A DNA stretch of 64,000 nt from an uncultured Clostridia bacterium (GCA_934167965.1 CAKPMJ010000001.1:108487-172486); one strand, 5' to 3'; shown: positions 48,081 through 60,385, numbered from the stretch's first letter. Made by a program: numbers and translations. The notes: a model not told the origin generated them from the letters alone.

Positions 48081-49613
48081 ATGGAAGAAAATATAATAAT
48101 ATTAGATTTTTATGGACAATATAATCAACTAATAGCAAGAAGAGTAAGAGAATGTAATGTATACTCAGAAATATTACCATTTAATACATCAATAGAAAAA
48201 ATAAAAGCAAAAAATCCAAAGGGGATAATATTTACAGGAGGGCCAGCAAGCGTATATGCTGAAAATGCACCAATGTGTAACAAAGAAATATTTGAACTAG
48301 GAATACCTGTATTAGGAATTTGCTATGGAATGCAACTTATGACACACATGTTAGGTGGAAAAGTACAAAGGGCAGAAAAAAGAGAATATGGTGTAACAAA
48401 TGTAAAAATAAATAATGAATCAAAATTATTTAAAGGATTTGACAATGAGAACAATTTCTTAATGAGCCATACAGATTTTGTATTAAATTTACCAGAAGGA
48501 TTTGAGAATATAGGTTATACAGAACATTGCCCAAATGCAGCAATGCAAAATACAACTAAGAACTTCTATGGAATACAGTTTCACCCAGAAGTAAATGATT
48601 CTGTAAATGGAACAAAAGTAATTGAAAATTTTGTAAAAGATATTTGTGGTTGTTCTGGAAGTTGGAAAATGGCTTCATTTGCAACAAAAACAATAGAAGC
48701 ATTAAAAGAAAAAATAGGAAATAAAAAAGCATTATGTGCTCTATCGGGAGGAGTTGATTCTTCAGTTGCAGCAGCACTTATAAACAAAGCAATAGGAAAG
48801 AATTTAACTTGTATATTTGTAGACCATGGTTTACTTAGAAAAAATGAGGCAGAAGAAGTAGAAGAAATATTTACAAAACAGTTTGATGTAAACTTTGTAA
48901 AAGTAGATGCTAAAGAAAGATTTTTATCAAAACTTGCAGGAGTTACAGATCCAGAAACAAAAAGAAAAATAATTGGCGAGGAATTTATAAGAGTATTTGA
49001 AGAAGAAGCTAAAAAAATAGGTACAGTTGATTATTTAGTTCAAGGAACAATATATCCTGATGTAATTGAAAGTGGATTAGGTGCAGGAGCAAAAATTAAA
49101 AGTCATCATAATGTAGGAGGACTTCCTGACTATGTTGACTTTAAAGAGATTGTAGAACCTTTAAGAGACTTATTTAAAGATGAAGTTAGAAAAGTAGGTT
49201 TAGAATTAGGATTACCTGAATTTTTAGTATATCGTCAACCATTCCCAGGACCAGGATTAGCAATAAGAGTAATAGGAGATATAACAGAAAATAAATTAAC
49301 AATACTAAAAGATGCAGATTATATATTTAGAGAGGAAATTGCAAATGCAGGATTAGATAGAAATATAAATCAATATTTTGCTGTTTTGACAAATATAAGA
49401 AGTGTAGGTGTTATGGGTGATGAAAGAACATATGATTACACAATAGCACTTCGTGCAGTAGATACCTCTGATTTTATGACAGCAACTTGGAGTAAGATTC
49501 CTTATGAAGTATTAGAAAAAGTGTCAAGCAGAATAGTTAATGAAGTTAAACATGTAAATAGAGTAGTATACGACATTACAGGAAAGCCACCAGCTACTAT
49601 AGAGTGGGAATAA
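48081..49613 (+). CDS. guaA: GMP synthase (glutamine-hydrolysing)
   Basis: GATase-1 domain (GICYGMQ, HPE), PP-loop SGGVDSS, and C-terminus ...[10 protein letters not shown]. Confidence 0.97.
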   Translation: MEENIIILDFYGQYNQLIARRVRECNVYSEILPFNTSIEKIKAKNPKGIIFTGGPASVYAENAPMCNKEIFELGIPVLGICYGMQLMTHMLGGKVQRAEKREYGVTNVKINNESKLFKGFDNENNFLMSHTDFVLNLPEGFENIGYTEHCPNAAMQNTTKNFYGIQFHPEVNDSVNGTKVIENFVKDICGCSGSWKMASFATKTIEALKEKIGNKKALCALSGGVDSSVAAALINKAIGKNLTCIFVDHGLLRKNEAEEVEEIFTKQFDVNFVKVDAKERFLSKLAGVTDPETKRKIIGEEFIRVFEEEAKKIGTVDYLVQGTIYPDVIESGLGAGAKIKSHHNVGGLPDYVDFKEIVEPLRDLFKDEVRKVGLELGLPEFLVYRQPFPGPGLAIRVIGDITENKLTILKDADYIFREEIANAGLDRNINQYFAVLTNIRSVGVMGDERTYDYTIALRAVDTSDFMTATWSKIPYEVLEKVSSRIVNEVKHVNRVVYDITGKPPATIEWE

Positions 49614-49634
49614 AGAAAAGGAAGTGATACTTTA

Positions 49635-50730
49635 ATGATAGACTTAGAAGAATATAAAAGAAACTTACTAACTATGCAAGAAAAATTAAAAGGATTAGGT
49701 GATTCACTTTGACATCCCTAAACTAGAAAAAGAATTAAGTAGTTTAGAAAAACAAACAACAGAAAATGGATTTTGGGATAATCAAAAAGAATCAAATAAA
49801 GTACTAAGTAAAATTAAAAACATTAAAAGTAAAACAGTAAAATATAAAGAATTAGAAACAGAATTTGCAAATATATTAGAATTAATAGAATTAGTAGAAA
49901 CTGAATATGATGAAGAGTTAGCAAATGAAATAATATCAAATAATTTAGAAAAAGAACTAGAAAAATTTGAATTGCAAACATTGTTATCAGGCAAATATGA
50001 TAACAATAACGCCATACTTACATTGCATCCAGGAGCAGGAGGAACAGAATCACAAGATTGGGCAGAAATGTTATATAGAATGTACACTAGATGGGCAACT
50101 AAAAATGGTTTTCAAGTAAAAGAACTTGATTATTTAGATGGAGATGAGGCAGGAATAAAAAGTGTTACATTCGAAATAATTGGAGAAAATGCTTATGGAT
50201 ATATGAAGGGAGAAATGGGAGTACATAGACTAGTAAGAATTTCACCTTTTGATAGTGGTGGAAGAAGACACACTTCATTTGCTTCTCTTGAAGTTTTACC
50301 AGAAATATCAGATGATGAAGATTTATACATAAACCCAGATGATATAAAAATGGATGTATATAGATCATCTGGAGCTGGTGGACAGCATATAAATAAAACA
50401 TCTTCAGCAGTAAGATTAACACATATTCCAACAGGAATAGTGGTAGCATGTCAAACACAAAGGTCTCAATTGCAAAATAAAGAAAATTGTATGAAGATGC
50501 TTAAATCAAAATTACTTGATTTAAAAGAACGAGAACAAAAAGAAACAATTGAAGAATTAAAAGGAGTTCAAAGAGATATATCATGGGGAAGTCAAATACG
50601 TTCATATGTATTTTGCCCATATACACTCGTAAAAGACCATAGGACCAATTTTGAAGTAGGAAACGTACAAAGTGTTATGGATGGAGAAATTGATGGTTTT
50701 ATAGAGAGTTATTTGAAATCTAATTTGTAA
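49635..50730 (+). CDS. prfB: peptide chain release factor 2 (requires programmed +1 frameshift at 49707-49713)
   Basis: A 25-codon leader ends ...GAT TCA CTT TGA C. Shifting +1 on CTT-T reads GAC ATC CCT..., continuing into the RF2 body with SPF and GGQ (SGAGGQHINK) motifs. Confidence 0.93.
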
Positions 50731-50821
50731 TAGTAACTTATAAATTAGGTTCTAAATATAATATAAAAGGAGTATTTAGACTTAAATAGTCCTTTCTAAA
50801 CTAAAAAAGAAGGTGCCAAAT

Positions 50822-52003
50822 ATGGACACAGTAGTATTAAAATTTGGAGGAAGTTCAGTCTCAGACAACATAAAATTAAATGTTGTAGCTGATAAAGTAA
50901 AGGAGTTTTATAATAATAAAAATAGAATAGTAGTAGTCGTTTCTGCGCAAGGAAACACTACAGATAGCTTGATAAAAGAGGCAAACTCATTATCAAGTAT
51001 GCCAAATGAAAGGGAATTAGATGTTTTATTAAGTTCAGGAGAACAGATATCTATGGCAAAACTAAGTATTTTGCTTAACAGGTATGGAATTCCTGCAATT
51101 TCTTTAACAGGTTGGCAAGCAGGTATATATACAAATAATACAAATCAAGATGCAATAATAGAAGATATAGATACAACAAGAATAAATAAAGAACTTGATT
51201 TAGGAAAAGTAGTAATAGTTGCTGGTTTTCAAGGAATAAATGAAAATCTTGACATTACTACACTTGGACGTGGTGGCTCAGATACAACAGCAGTTGCAAT
51301 AGCGGCAAAATTAAAAGCAAACCATTGTTATATTTTCTCTGACGTAGATGGAGTATATACTACAGATCCTAATCAAGTAACAATAGCTAAAAAAATAGAT
51401 TCAATTTCTTATACAGAAATGTTAGACATTGCAGATGAAGGAGCTAAGGTTCTGCACAATAGATGCGTAGAAGTAGGAGAAAAGTTTAATATTCCGATAA
51501 TTGCTAAATCGACATTTAAACAAGGGCAAGGTACAACAATCAATAATAAAATTGAAGGTGTAATTATTAAAAATATTGTAAAAAACGATAAAATAATATA
51601 TGTTCATGGAACAGCACAAAACTATTCTCAAGAGATGTTTAATGAAATATATAAAAAATTTATTGATAATGAAATAGGTGTTAAAAATTTAGTAAATAGT
51701 AGTAATGAAAACTTAGATTTATCTTTTACAATTCCTAAAGATAAATTTAATAAATTTGCTCATTTATTGGAAACAGAATTAGAATACTTAGATTGCTCTT
51801 ATACTGATATTTCTCGTATTTCAATTATTGGAAACGGAATTATGAGCAATAATTTAGTATTAAAAAAGGTTATGCATATAATAGAAAATGCAAAATATGA
51901 TATTTTAAGTATGGAAATAAATGAATCTAAAATTGCAATTATGTTTAAAGAAATAGTATCTAATCATTTAGTAGAAGAATTGCATGAAATATTAATAAAA
52001 TAA
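50822..52003 (+). CDS. lysC: aspartate kinase
   Basis: VLKFGGSSV, GRGGSDTTA and two C-terminal ACT-like regions. GAAGGTG RBS before the ATG at 50822. Confidence 0.85.
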   Translation: MDTVVLKFGGSSVSDNIKLNVVADKVKEFYNNKNRIVVVVSAQGNTTDSLIKEANSLSSMPNERELDVLLSSGEQISMAKLSILLNRYGIPAISLTGWQAGIYTNNTNQDAIIEDIDTTRINKELDLGKVVIVAGFQGINENLDITTLGRGGSDTTAVAIAAKLKANHCYIFSDVDGVYTTDPNQVTIAKKIDSISYTEMLDIADEGAKVLHNRCVEVGEKFNIPIIAKSTFKQGQGTTINNKIEGVIIKNIVKNDKIIYVHGTAQNYSQEMFNEIYKKFIDNEIGVKNLVNSSNENLDLSFTIPKDKFNKFAHLLETELEYLDCSYTDISRISIIGNGIMSNNLVLKKVMHIIENAKYDILSMEINESKIAIMFKEIVSNHLVEELHEILIK

Positions 52004-52118
52004 AATTTGGAAAGAGTTATCCTAATAGATAGCTCTTTTTTGTGTTCTTTAGTTCTAAATGGTACCATACCTGAATATACTTAATTATGTAGAACAATTC
52101 ATAAGAGGAGGAGAAGAG

Positions 52119-52424
52119 ATGATAATAGAGGACAAGAAAGGAATCAATAACAATACAATAGGAGGACTAATACAAAATTTAGTATTAGAAAACAGAAATA
52201 AATTAAGTGTATCAGGAGTAAATGATGTGTTAAGCTTTGATGATCAAGTAGTAATAATGGAAACGGAATTAGGATTATTAACAGTAAAAGGTGAAAATTT
52301 AAAAATTAATAAACTAAGTATAGATACATCTGAGGTAATTGTAGAAGGAGAAATAAACAACTTAGCATATAGCGAACATCAAGGAAAATCTGAAGGTGGA
52401 TTGTTTGGCAAAATATTCAAATAA
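52119..52424 (+). CDS. yabP: sporulation protein YabP
   Basis: ...NRNKLSVSGVNDVLSFDDQVVIMETELGLLTVKGENLKI.. matches the YabP family. GAGGAGG RBS before the ATG at 52119. Confidence 0.8.
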   Translation: MIIEDKKGINNNTIGGLIQNLVLENRNKLSVSGVNDVLSFDDQVVIMETELGLLTVKGENLKINKLSIDTSEVIVEGEINNLAYSEHQGKSEGGLFGKIFK

Positions 52425-52433
52425 GGTGGTACT

Positions 52434-52901
52434 ATGGCAGGAAACCAAGCATATTTATTTTTAATTTTTACATTAATAGGAATCATAATAGGTTTTTTAT
52501 TTGACATATTTAGAATATTAAGAAAAAGTTTTAAAACAAATGATATAATTACATATATAGAGGATATTATTTTCTGGATAATATCAGGAATAATATTAAT
52601 TTATGCAATGTGTAAATTTACTGATGGAGAATTAAGATTTTATAATATAATTGGAGTATCACTAGGAGCCATAATATATCTTCTAACTATAAGCAAATAT
52701 GTTATAAAGATATCTGTATTTGTTATAAATATTTTAAAGAAAATACTATTATATCCATTATTAATAATATTTAAAATTTTACGAAAAATTATATTTAAAC
52801 CAATATCTATTGTATGTATAAATATAAAAAAAGATTTTTCAAAAATTACAAATAAAATCTATAAAAATATAAAAAATGTAAAAAAACTACAAAAAAAGTA
52901 A
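52434..52901 (+). CDS. yabQ: spore cortex biosynthesis protein YabQ-like
   Basis: Polytopic small membrane protein immediately after yabP (conserved synteny yabP-yabQ-divIC). Confidence 0.6.
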   Translation: MAGNQAYLFLIFTLIGIIIGFLFDIFRILRKSFKTNDIITYIEDIIFWIISGIILIYAMCKFTDGELRFYNIIGVSLGAIIYLLTISKYVIKISVFVINILKKILLYPLLIIFKILRKIIFKPISIVCINIKKDFSKITNKIYKNIKNVKKLQKK

Positions 52902-53007
52902 AAAATATTTGATAAAAAGGGGGATTTTATAAAAAAAAGGCGAAATATAAATATAGGGAATTTTTATTTCAGCCAAAATATATATTTTATAGAAAGAACA
53001 GGTACTC

Positions 53008-53283
53008 ATGAAGAAGTTAAAAAAATTTATAAAAAGGTTAATATGTATAACAATATTAATATATGCAATAGTAACATTTTGTAATCAACAAAAGATACTA
53101 AATACATATGCTTCAAATAAAGCTGTATTAAATAATCAGATAGAAGAAGCAAACAAAAAGAAAGAAGATTTAAATAAAATAAAAGAAAATGCAAATTCAG
53201 AACTATATATAGAAGATATTGCTAGAGAAAAACTAGATATGTATTTACCAAATGAAAGGGTATATATAAATAATGATAATTAA
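53008..53283 (+). CDS. divIC: septum formation initiator (DivIC/FtsB family)
   Basis: N-terminal TM helix, a coiled-coil region, then ...IEDIAREKLDMYLPNERVY typical of DivIC/FtsB. Confidence 0.7.
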   Translation: MKKLKKFIKRLICITILIYAIVTFCNQQKILNTYASNKAVLNNQIEEANKKKEDLNKIKENANSELYIEDIAREKLDMYLPNERVYINNDN

Positions 53284-53462
53284 AACAAAAGTGTCAAAAA
53301 AATTTGATAACTTTTGTTTTTTTAATGAAAAAGACTTCACAAAATTGGAAAAATATGTTATAATATAAACATTGATTTGAAAGATTGTTTTGTTTCTTAA
53401 AATAAATCCCACAAAAAAATTAAATAAAATAAATTAAGAGAACAAAAAGGAGGAGCATTTAT

Positions 53463-54809
53463 ATGCATAATTTAGAAGATATGACTATTGCTGAACTAAA
53501 ACAATTAGCAAAGGAAAACAATATAAAAAACATATCAAAACTAAAAAAGGAAGAATTAGTTAATATACTAAAACAAATACAAAATAAAACAGAGGAAACA
53601 GTTAATTTAAAATATGACTCTGAAGATGATGAAGCAGAAAATTTAGATGAATTAAACGAAAGCGTAATTACATATCAAGTAAACAATGAAGAAGACGAAA
53701 TAATAGAGGGAATATTAGAAGTATTACCTGATGGATATGGGTTTTTAAGAGGAGACAACTATTTATCTACTCCTAAAGACGTTTATATTTCGCCAATACA
53801 AATAAGAAGATTTAGACTAGAAACCGGCGATCTAGTAAAAGGAATCTCTAGATGTAAAGAAGGAGAAAAATTTCCATCACTTATATTTGTTGGAGAAGTA
53901 AATGGTGAACATCCAGAAAAAGCAATGAAACGTGTTAGATTTGATGAATTAACACCAATATATCCAAATGAAAGATTACGTTTAGAAACTCAAACAACAA
54001 AATATGCAACAAGAATAATAGATTTAATATCTCCTATTGGAAAAGGACAAAGGGGTCAAATTGTTGCACAACCTAAAGTAGGTAAAACAACATTATTAAA
54101 AGAAATTGCAAATAGCATATCTGCTAATAATCCTGAATGTGAATTAATTGTATTATTAATTGACGAACGTCCAGAAGAAGTTACAGATATGAAAAGATCT
54201 ATAAAAGGTCAAGTAGTATATTCAACATTTGATGAATTACCAGAACATCATGTAAAAGTTGCTGAGATGGTAATAGAAAGAGCAAAAAGATTAGTTGAGC
54301 AAAATAAAGATGTTGTAATATTATTAGACAGTATAACAAGACTCACAAGAGCATATAACTTAGTTATACCATCATCAGGAAGAACATTATCAGGAGGTAT
54401 TGATCCAGCATCATTACATAAACCTAAAAAGTTCTTTGGAGCAGCCAGAAATATAGAAAATGGAGGAAGTTTAACAATACTTGCCACATCATTGATTGAT
54501 ACAGGAAGTAGAATGGATGATGTTATATTTGAAGAATTCAAAGGAACAGGTAACATGGAAATACATCTTGATAGAAAACTATCAGAAAAACGTATTTTCC
54601 CTGCAATTGATATTAATAAATCAGGAACAAGAAGAGAAGATTTATTACTTTCTAAGAAAGAATTAGAAACAGTTTATGCAATTAGAAAAGCTCTTAATAA
54701 CTTACCAGTTGCTGATGTTACAGAACATATCATATCAGAAATGGTAAAATCTAAAAATAATGATGAATTCTTAGACAACATGGATGCATTTTTAAGAAGA
54801 TATAAATAA
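53463..54809 (+). CDS. rho: transcription termination factor Rho
   Basis: Rho_N ([11 protein letters not shown]...ELV), cold-shock-like RNA-binding domain (GYGFLR), and the P-loop AQPKVGKT. Confidence 0.95.
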   Translation: MHNLEDMTIAELKQLAKENNIKNISKLKKEELVNILKQIQNKTEETVNLKYDSEDDEAENLDELNESVITYQVNNEEDEIIEGILEVLPDGYGFLRGDNYLSTPKDVYISPIQIRRFRLETGDLVKGISRCKEGEKFPSLIFVGEVNGEHPEKAMKRVRFDELTPIYPNERLRLETQTTKYATRIIDLISPIGKGQRGQIVAQPKVGKTTLLKEIANSISANNPECELIVLLIDERPEEVTDMKRSIKGQVVYSTFDELPEHHVKVAEMVIERAKRLVEQNKDVVILLDSITRLTRAYNLVIPSSGRTLSGGIDPASLHKPKKFFGAARNIENGGSLTILATSLIDTGSRMDDVIFEEFKGTGNMEIHLDRKLSEKRIFPAIDINKSGTRREDLLLSKKELETVYAIRKALNNLPVADVTEHIISEMVKSKNNDEFLDNMDAFLRRYK

Positions 54810-54814
54810 TAGAA

Positions 54815-54850
54815 ACAAGTACCAGAATTGATTTTTTGGTACTTTTTATT
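54815..54850 (+). terminator. intrinsic terminator after rho
   Basis: AAGTACCA...TGGTACTTTTTATT. Confidence 0.7.
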
Positions 54851-54915
54851 GCTTAAAAAATATATAAATGTTATAATATATAGTATAGATATTATAAATG
54901 AAATGAGGGAATAAT

Positions 54916-57813
54916 ATGAAAAATCAAATGAAAAAAATTATTGCAATACTGAATTTAATTATGTTTTTAACAATATTTATGCAAACTTCTGTTATTGCAT
55001 CAGTTATTACAGCAAAGCAAGAAACATATGAGATTATTGATGATCTTAAAGATATGGAATATGAAGAAGGAGAAGTTATAATTTCATATAAACAAAATGA
55101 TAATATTTCAGTAAAAAGGTCAACAGCAAAATTAAAAGATCCAACAATAAAAAATGACATTATTTATGAAGATAATGAAGGTACAATTATTTCTCATATT
55201 ACAGCCGAAAAATCTTCAACTGAAGATTTAATAAAGAAGTTTAAAAATAATGGAAATATACTTTCTATTGAACCAAACTATATAATACATACAAGCGATA
55301 TCACAAATGATACTTATGAAAAATATCAATGGGCTATAGAAAATAGCGGACAGAATGCTGGAATATCAGGAAGAGATATTAACACTTTTCCAGCGACTAA
55401 AGAAAATAAAGATGAAAAGGTTATAGCAGTTGTTGATACAGGAGTTGATTATACACATCCAGATTTGAAAAATGCAATGTGGCACAATAACACAACAGTG
55501 CTTGATGGATTATATGGATATGATTTTGTAAATAATGATAATGACCCAATGGATGATAATGAACATGGAACTCATTGTGCTGGAATAATAGCTGCAACTT
55601 CAAATAATAATGAAGGAATAACAGGAGCTTTATTAGATAATAATAATGTTAAAATAATGGCTTTAAAAATAAGTGATGCAAATGGAAAGGGTAATCTCTC
55701 ATCAGCTATAAGTGCATATAAATATATAATACAAGCACAAGAAGCTGGAGTAAATGTAGTTGCTATAAATAATTCATGGGGAGGAACAGGTACATCAGAT
55801 ACTTTAAATAATCTAATAGATCAATCTGGACAAAATGGAGCTTTATCTATATGCGCAGCTGGTAATGAATCTCTTAATATTGACACAACAAAATATTTTC
55901 CATCTGGCTTAGATAGTGAATATATAATATCTGTTGCTGCTTCAAATGAAAAGGATGAATTAGCAGATTTTTCAAATTATGGATCTAATAATGTAGATAT
56001 TGCTGCACCAGGAACAAATATACTATCTACAGTTCCATACAATGTTTTTAATCCATCTATATATAGTGATTCTCAAATAAAAACGTTATGTAGCAAATAT
56101 GAAGATTTTGGTGGAAATAAAAGTGAAATAGATTCTCTATATGAATTATCTTCCGATGATTCGGGAAATGTTGGAGAAACCAAAATAAATAATCAGTCTT
56201 ATTTTGGCACTAGAAATAATCAATCATTAGAATGGACTATAGATGCTAAATCAGGTAAGACATACAATATATTATTTAAATTAGACACCGCTCTTACATC
56301 TGATCAAATTGCAAGAGCAATGGTAAAGATAAATAATTCATCTACTGATGGAAGGATTAGTGGATTATATAGCATGTCTACTGGAATTTCAAATGTAATT
56401 TCGGATACAGATTTACAAGTAAATGAAGTTAATTACTGGGACGCATTAATATTCAATTATCCTGCAGGTACCAAATATATAGGATATAGGTTTGTTGCTA
56501 AAAATGATTGTAAATTTTCTTTGATTATAGATGATTTTGCTGTTAGCAAAGCTGGGGTTAACAAAAATAATTTTGGAAAATATGAATTCTTAAATGGGAC
56601 CTCAATGGCAACACCTTATGTAACAGCAGCAATAGGAGTTTTATCAAATGAATTAGATAATAATACACCGCTAAATATTAAAGCACAAGTTCTAAATAGT
56701 GCAAGAAAATCAAGTATTGTAAATGGAAAGATTCAAGAAAATAGAATATTAGATATAGGTGAATTTAATAAATTAGAAAACAACAATAAAGTTCGTACTA
56801 GCTTAAGTGACAAATCTATATCAATAGCTAATATTTACAATAAACAATATACTGGAAAAGGTATTACTCAAAATCCAAAAATAATTTATGATAATTCATA
56901 TACTTTAAAAGAAGGAACAGATTATACAGTTTCATATAGCAATAATATTAACGTTGGCTTAGCTACAATAATTATAAAAGGGATGGGAAATTATAAAGGA
57001 ACAATTGAGAAAAGATTTCAAATAACACCTATCTCACTGAATGATTGTAGTATATCAGAAATATATAATAAAACGTATACTGGTAATGAAATAAGACAGA
57101 ACATCAAAGTAGCATATGGTTCAATAGTGTTAAAAGAAGGTACAGATTATACCCTTACATATAAAAATAATATTAATGTTGGAACAGCAGAAATTATAAT
57201 AGTTGCAAAAGGAAATTATACTGGAACTATAATAAAAACATTTATAATAAATCCTAAAAATGTAACAGGTTTAAAGCTATCTTCTCCGGATAAAACTAGT
57301 TTAAAAATAAAATGGGATAAACAAAGTGGAGTAAGTGGATATGAAATATATATGTATAATAGTTCTAAAAAGAATTATAAGTACATAGGAAGAACTACTA
57401 ATAATTCTTATACTATAAAAAAACTAAAAGCTGGTACTACATATAGTTTCAAAGTTAGAGCATATAAATCAGTAGATGGAAAAAATAGATATGGTGCATA
57501 TTCATCTGTTTTAAAAACTGCAACTAAAACAAATACACCTAAGATCTCTAAACTTACATCAAGTAAAAAGACTTTAACAGCTAAATGGAAAAAAGTATCT
57601 GGTTCAAGTGGATACGAAGTATATATAGCAACAAGTAAAAAAGGTAAGTATACAAAAAAGAAAACTATAAACAGCAGTAAAACAACATCTGCAAAAATAA
57701 AGAAACTAAAATCTAGAAAGAACTATTATGTAAAAATAAGAACATTTAAAACCGTATCTGGAAAAAAGATATATAGTTCTTATAGTAGTGTTAAAAAAAT
57801 AAAAGTAAAATAA
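54916..57813 (+). CDS. secreted S8 (subtilisin-like) serine peptidase with repeat and Fn3 C-terminal modules
   Basis: Signal peptide. Catalytic triad motifs VVDTGVD, HGTHCAG and GTSMATPYV. Two repeats of about 72 aa (...YTG..I.Q......L.EGTDYT..Y.NNINVG.A.III...GNY.GTI...F.I.P). Two Fn3 repeats ending ...KKIKVK. Confidence 0.85.
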   Translation: MKNQMKKIIAILNLIMFLTIFMQTSVIASVITAKQETYEIIDDLKDMEYEEGEVIISYKQNDNISVKRSTAKLKDPTIKNDIIYEDNEGTIISHITAEKSSTEDLIKKFKNNGNILSIEPNYIIHTSDITNDTYEKYQWAIENSGQNAGISGRDINTFPATKENKDEKVIAVVDTGVDYTHPDLKNAMWHNNTTVLDGLYGYDFVNNDNDPMDDNEHGTHCAGIIAATSNNNEGITGALLDNNNVKIMALKISDANGKGNLSSAISAYKYIIQAQEAGVNVVAINNSWGGTGTSDTLNNLIDQSGQNGALSICAAGNESLNIDTTKYFPSGLDSEYIISVAASNEKDELADFSNYGSNNVDIAAPGTNILSTVPYNVFNPSIYSDSQIKTLCSKYEDFGGNKSEIDSLYELSSDDSGNVGETKINNQSYFGTRNNQSLEWTIDAKSGKTYNILFKLDTALTSDQIARAMVKINNSSTDGRISGLYSMSTGISNVISDTDLQVNEVNYWDALIFNYPAGTKYIGYRFVAKNDCKFSLIIDDFAVSKAGVNKNNFGKYEFLNGTSMATPYVTAAIGVLSNELDNNTPLNIKAQVLNSARKSSIVNGKIQENRILDIGEFNKLENNNKVRTSLSDKSISIANIYNKQYTGKGITQNPKIIYDNSYTLKEGTDYTVSYSNNINVGLATIIIKGMGNYKGTIEKRFQITPISLNDCSISEIYNKTYTGNEIRQNIKVAYGSIVLKEGTDYTLTYKNNINVGTAEIIIVAKGNYTGTIIKTFIINPKNVTGLKLSSPDKTSLKIKWDKQSGVSGYEIYMYNSSKKNYKYIGRTTNNSYTIKKLKAGTTYSFKVRAYKSVDGKNRYGAYSSVLKTATKTNTPKISKLTSSKKTLTAKWKKVSGSSGYEVYIATSKKGKYTKKKTINSSKTTSAKIKKLKSRKNYYVKIRTFKTVSGKKIYSSYSSVKKIKVK

Positions 57814-57874
57814 AGATTTCAACAAGTATATTATTGAAAAGAAATAATATACTTGTTATCATGAGGAGATTACA

Positions 57875-58447
57875 ATGGGAATAATTGAAGTAATATTAAT
57901 AAGTATAGGGCTTGCAATGGACGCGTTTGCTGTGTCTATCTGTAAAGGCTTATCAATGAAAAAAATGAATTGGAAAAAAGCCTTAATAATAGGAGCATAT
58001 TTTGGAATATTTCAGGCATTAATGCCAACATTAGGATATTTTTTAGGTACACGATTTGAGCATTTAGTAATAAATATTGATCACTGGATAGTGTTTATAT
58101 TATTAGTATTTATTGGTGTAAATATGATTAGAGAAGCATTAGATACAGAATGCAAAGAAGAAAGCTCAAATGATACTATAAAATTTAAAGATATGGTTAT
58201 TTTAGCAATTGCAACAAGTATAGACGCATTTGCTGTAGGTATAACATTTGCATTTTTAGATACAAATATTATATTTGCTTTTTCTTCAATAGGTATAATT
58301 ACATTTTTAATATCTGTATTAGGAGTTAAGATAGGAAATAGGTTTGGAGACAAATATGAAAATAAGGCTGAATTTGTTGGAGGACTAATTTTAATACTTA
58401 TTGGATTAAAAGTGTTGCTTGAACACCTTGGAATATTAAATTTCTAA
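57875..58447 (+). CDS. mntP: manganese efflux pump MntP
   Basis: 190 aa, 6 TM, with duplicated DAFAV(S/G)I motifs of the DUF204/MntP family. Confidence 0.8.
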   Translation: MGIIEVILISIGLAMDAFAVSICKGLSMKKMNWKKALIIGAYFGIFQALMPTLGYFLGTRFEHLVINIDHWIVFILLVFIGVNMIREALDTECKEESSNDTIKFKDMVILAIATSIDAFAVGITFAFLDTNIIFAFSSIGIITFLISVLGVKIGNRFGDKYENKAEFVGGLILILIGLKVLLEHLGILNF

Positions 58448-58506
58448 AATGACAAAATATTCATTTTAAAATAAGATAAATATATTATAATGTAATTGGT
58501 GGTATT

Positions 58507-59178
58507 ATGAAAAAAATATTATTGGTAGAAGATAATGAAACAATTATACTAGGATTAAAATATTTATTAGAGCAAGAAAATTTTGAAGTAACAGTTACCA
58601 AAAGTCTAGAAGAAACAGAAAAAGTAATTAAAACTACAAAATTTGACTTAGCTCTACTAGATGTTACACTACCTGATGGAAATGGATTTGAAATATGCAA
58701 AATGATAAAACAAATAGGAAAAACTGCTGTAATATTTCTAACTGCAAGGGATGAAGAAACAAATGTAGTCCTTGGGTTAGACTTAGGTGCAGATGACTAT
58801 GTTACTAAACCATTTAGATCAAGAGAATTAGTATCAAGAATAAATTCTGTACTTAGAAGATATGAAAGCAATGATTCTAAAAGTAATATTTTGACACATA
58901 AAGATATAAAAATAGATGTTAATTTAGCAAAAGTATATAAAGGTAATGAAGAAATATTTTTAACAAGTTTGGAATACAAAATATTGCTAATGTTATTTAG
59001 CAATAAGGATAGATTAATTACAAGAGAAGAACTTTTAGACAAAATATGGGATATAGCTGGAAATTTTGTAAATGATAATACTTTAACAGTATATATAAAA
59101 AGAATTAGAGAAAAACTTGGTGATGATTCGATTATACAAACTGTTAGAGGGTTAGGATATAGATTGGAAAATGAATAA
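58507..59178 (+). CDS. OmpR-family response regulator
   Basis: Receiver domain (LLVEDN, D at ALLDVTLPDG, KPF) plus a winged-helix C-terminus (...VRGLGYRL). Confidence 0.9.
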   Translation: MKKILLVEDNETIILGLKYLLEQENFEVTVTKSLEETEKVIKTTKFDLALLDVTLPDGNGFEICKMIKQIGKTAVIFLTARDEETNVVLGLDLGADDYVTKPFRSRELVSRINSVLRRYESNDSKSNILTHKDIKIDVNLAKVYKGNEEIFLTSLEYKILLMLFSNKDRLITREELLDKIWDIAGNFVNDNTLTVYIKRIREKLGDDSIIQTVRGLGYRLENE

Positions 59179-60385
59179 AAGCTTTAAAAAATTAATTATA
59201 CCTTTATTAATTATATTATTAATAACAAATACATTAACAATAATAATAACTTATAGACAACAAGCTAAATTAAATAAACATCTAAATTATATAATTTCTT
59301 CTATAGTAGCACAAGTTCAAGAAAAATATCCAGAAGTAGATAGTGAAGAAATTATTAATATATTAAATAACACATCAAATAGAAAAAATGGAGAAAAAGA
59401 ATTAAAAAAATATGGAATTGACTTAAGCAAAAATAAAGCCTATTTATCACTTGAAAAAGATACTAAAGCTAATTTAATATTGAATTGTATCATGGTAACA
59501 ACATTTGGAATAATATATGTTTCTATTTTTATTCTATATATAAAAAATAGAAACAATAAAATTAGTGAAATGACACAATATATAAATGAAATAAATGATA
59601 AGAACTATACATTAAAGATAGATGAAAATTCTGAAGATGAATTATCAAACTTAAGAAATGATTTATATAAAATAACAATTTTCTTAAAAGAAGAAACAGA
59701 AAGATCTAATAAAGATAAGCAAAAACTAAAAACATCTTTAGAAGATATTTCACATCAGCTAAAAACACCTTTAACATCAATATCTATAATGTTAGATAAT
59801 TTAATACAAAACCCAGAAATGGACAAGCAAACAAGAACAAAATTTATATATAAAATATCAGAGCAAATTGAAGGAATAAACTTTTTAGTAATTTCTTTAT
59901 TAAAACTTACAAAAATAGAATCCTACTCAATAGAATTTCAAAAGCAAAATATAAATGTAGCTAAATTAATCAATGAAAGTGTAAAAAAATTAGAAATACC
60001 TTTAGAAATAAAGAAGCAAGAAGTAATAATTAATGGCTCAAATGAAACAACATTTATTGGAGATTATAAATGGCAAACTGAAGCAATAACCAACATAATA
60101 AAAAATTGTATAGAACATACTCCAAATGATAAAAAAATATATATAAATTTTGAAGAAAATAATTTATTTACAAAAATAACAATAAGAGATGAGGGAGAGG
60201 GAATAGACAAAAAAGATATTAGACATATTTTTGAGAGGTTTTATAAAGGAACAAACTCATCTGACAATAGTTTTGGAATAGGTTTAGCCCTTTCAAAATC
60301 AATAATAGAAAGAGACAATGGATATATTAAATGTGAATCAAAAGTTGGTGAAGGAACAACTTTTATAATAAAATATATGAAGTGA
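59171..60385 (+). CDS. sensor histidine kinase
   Basis: Two TM helices, H-box ISHQLKTPLTSI, N/G boxes (DEGEGI, GIGLALS). Overlaps the response regulator gene by 8 nt. Confidence 0.9.
   Translation: MNKSFKKLIIPLLIILLITNTLTIIITYRQQAKLNKHLNYIISSIVAQVQEKYPEVDSEEIINILNNTSNRKNGEKELKKYGIDLSKNKAYLSLEKDTKANLILNCIMVTTFGIIYVSIFILYIKNRNNKISEMTQYINEINDKNYTLKIDENSEDELSNLRNDLYKITIFLKEETERSNKDKQKLKTSLEDISHQLKTPLTSISIMLDNLIQNPEMDKQTRTKFIYKISEQIEGINFLVISLLKLTKIESYSIEFQKQNINVAKLINESVKKLEIPLEIKKQEVIINGSNETTFIGDYKWQTEAITNIIKNCIEHTPNDKKIYINFEENNLFTKITIRDEGEGIDKKDIRHIFERFYKGTNSSDNSFGIGLALSKSIIERDNGYIKCESKVGEGTTFIIKYMK

Noticed and set aside
50731-50821. Possible L-box (lysine) riboswitch ahead of aspartokinase, and similarly a purine riboswitch ahead of guaA (47990-48080).
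   Set aside because: Both upstream regions are about 90 nt or shorter and AT-rich, without the conserved cores. They are too short for these riboswitch classes.
57814-57874. Expected a yybP-ykoY manganese riboswitch upstream of mntP.
   Set aside because: The intergenic region is only about 60 nt. It consists of a single hairpin (AACAAGTATATTATT/AATAATATACTTGTT) that is best read as the protease gene's terminator, leaving no room for the four-helix riboswitch.
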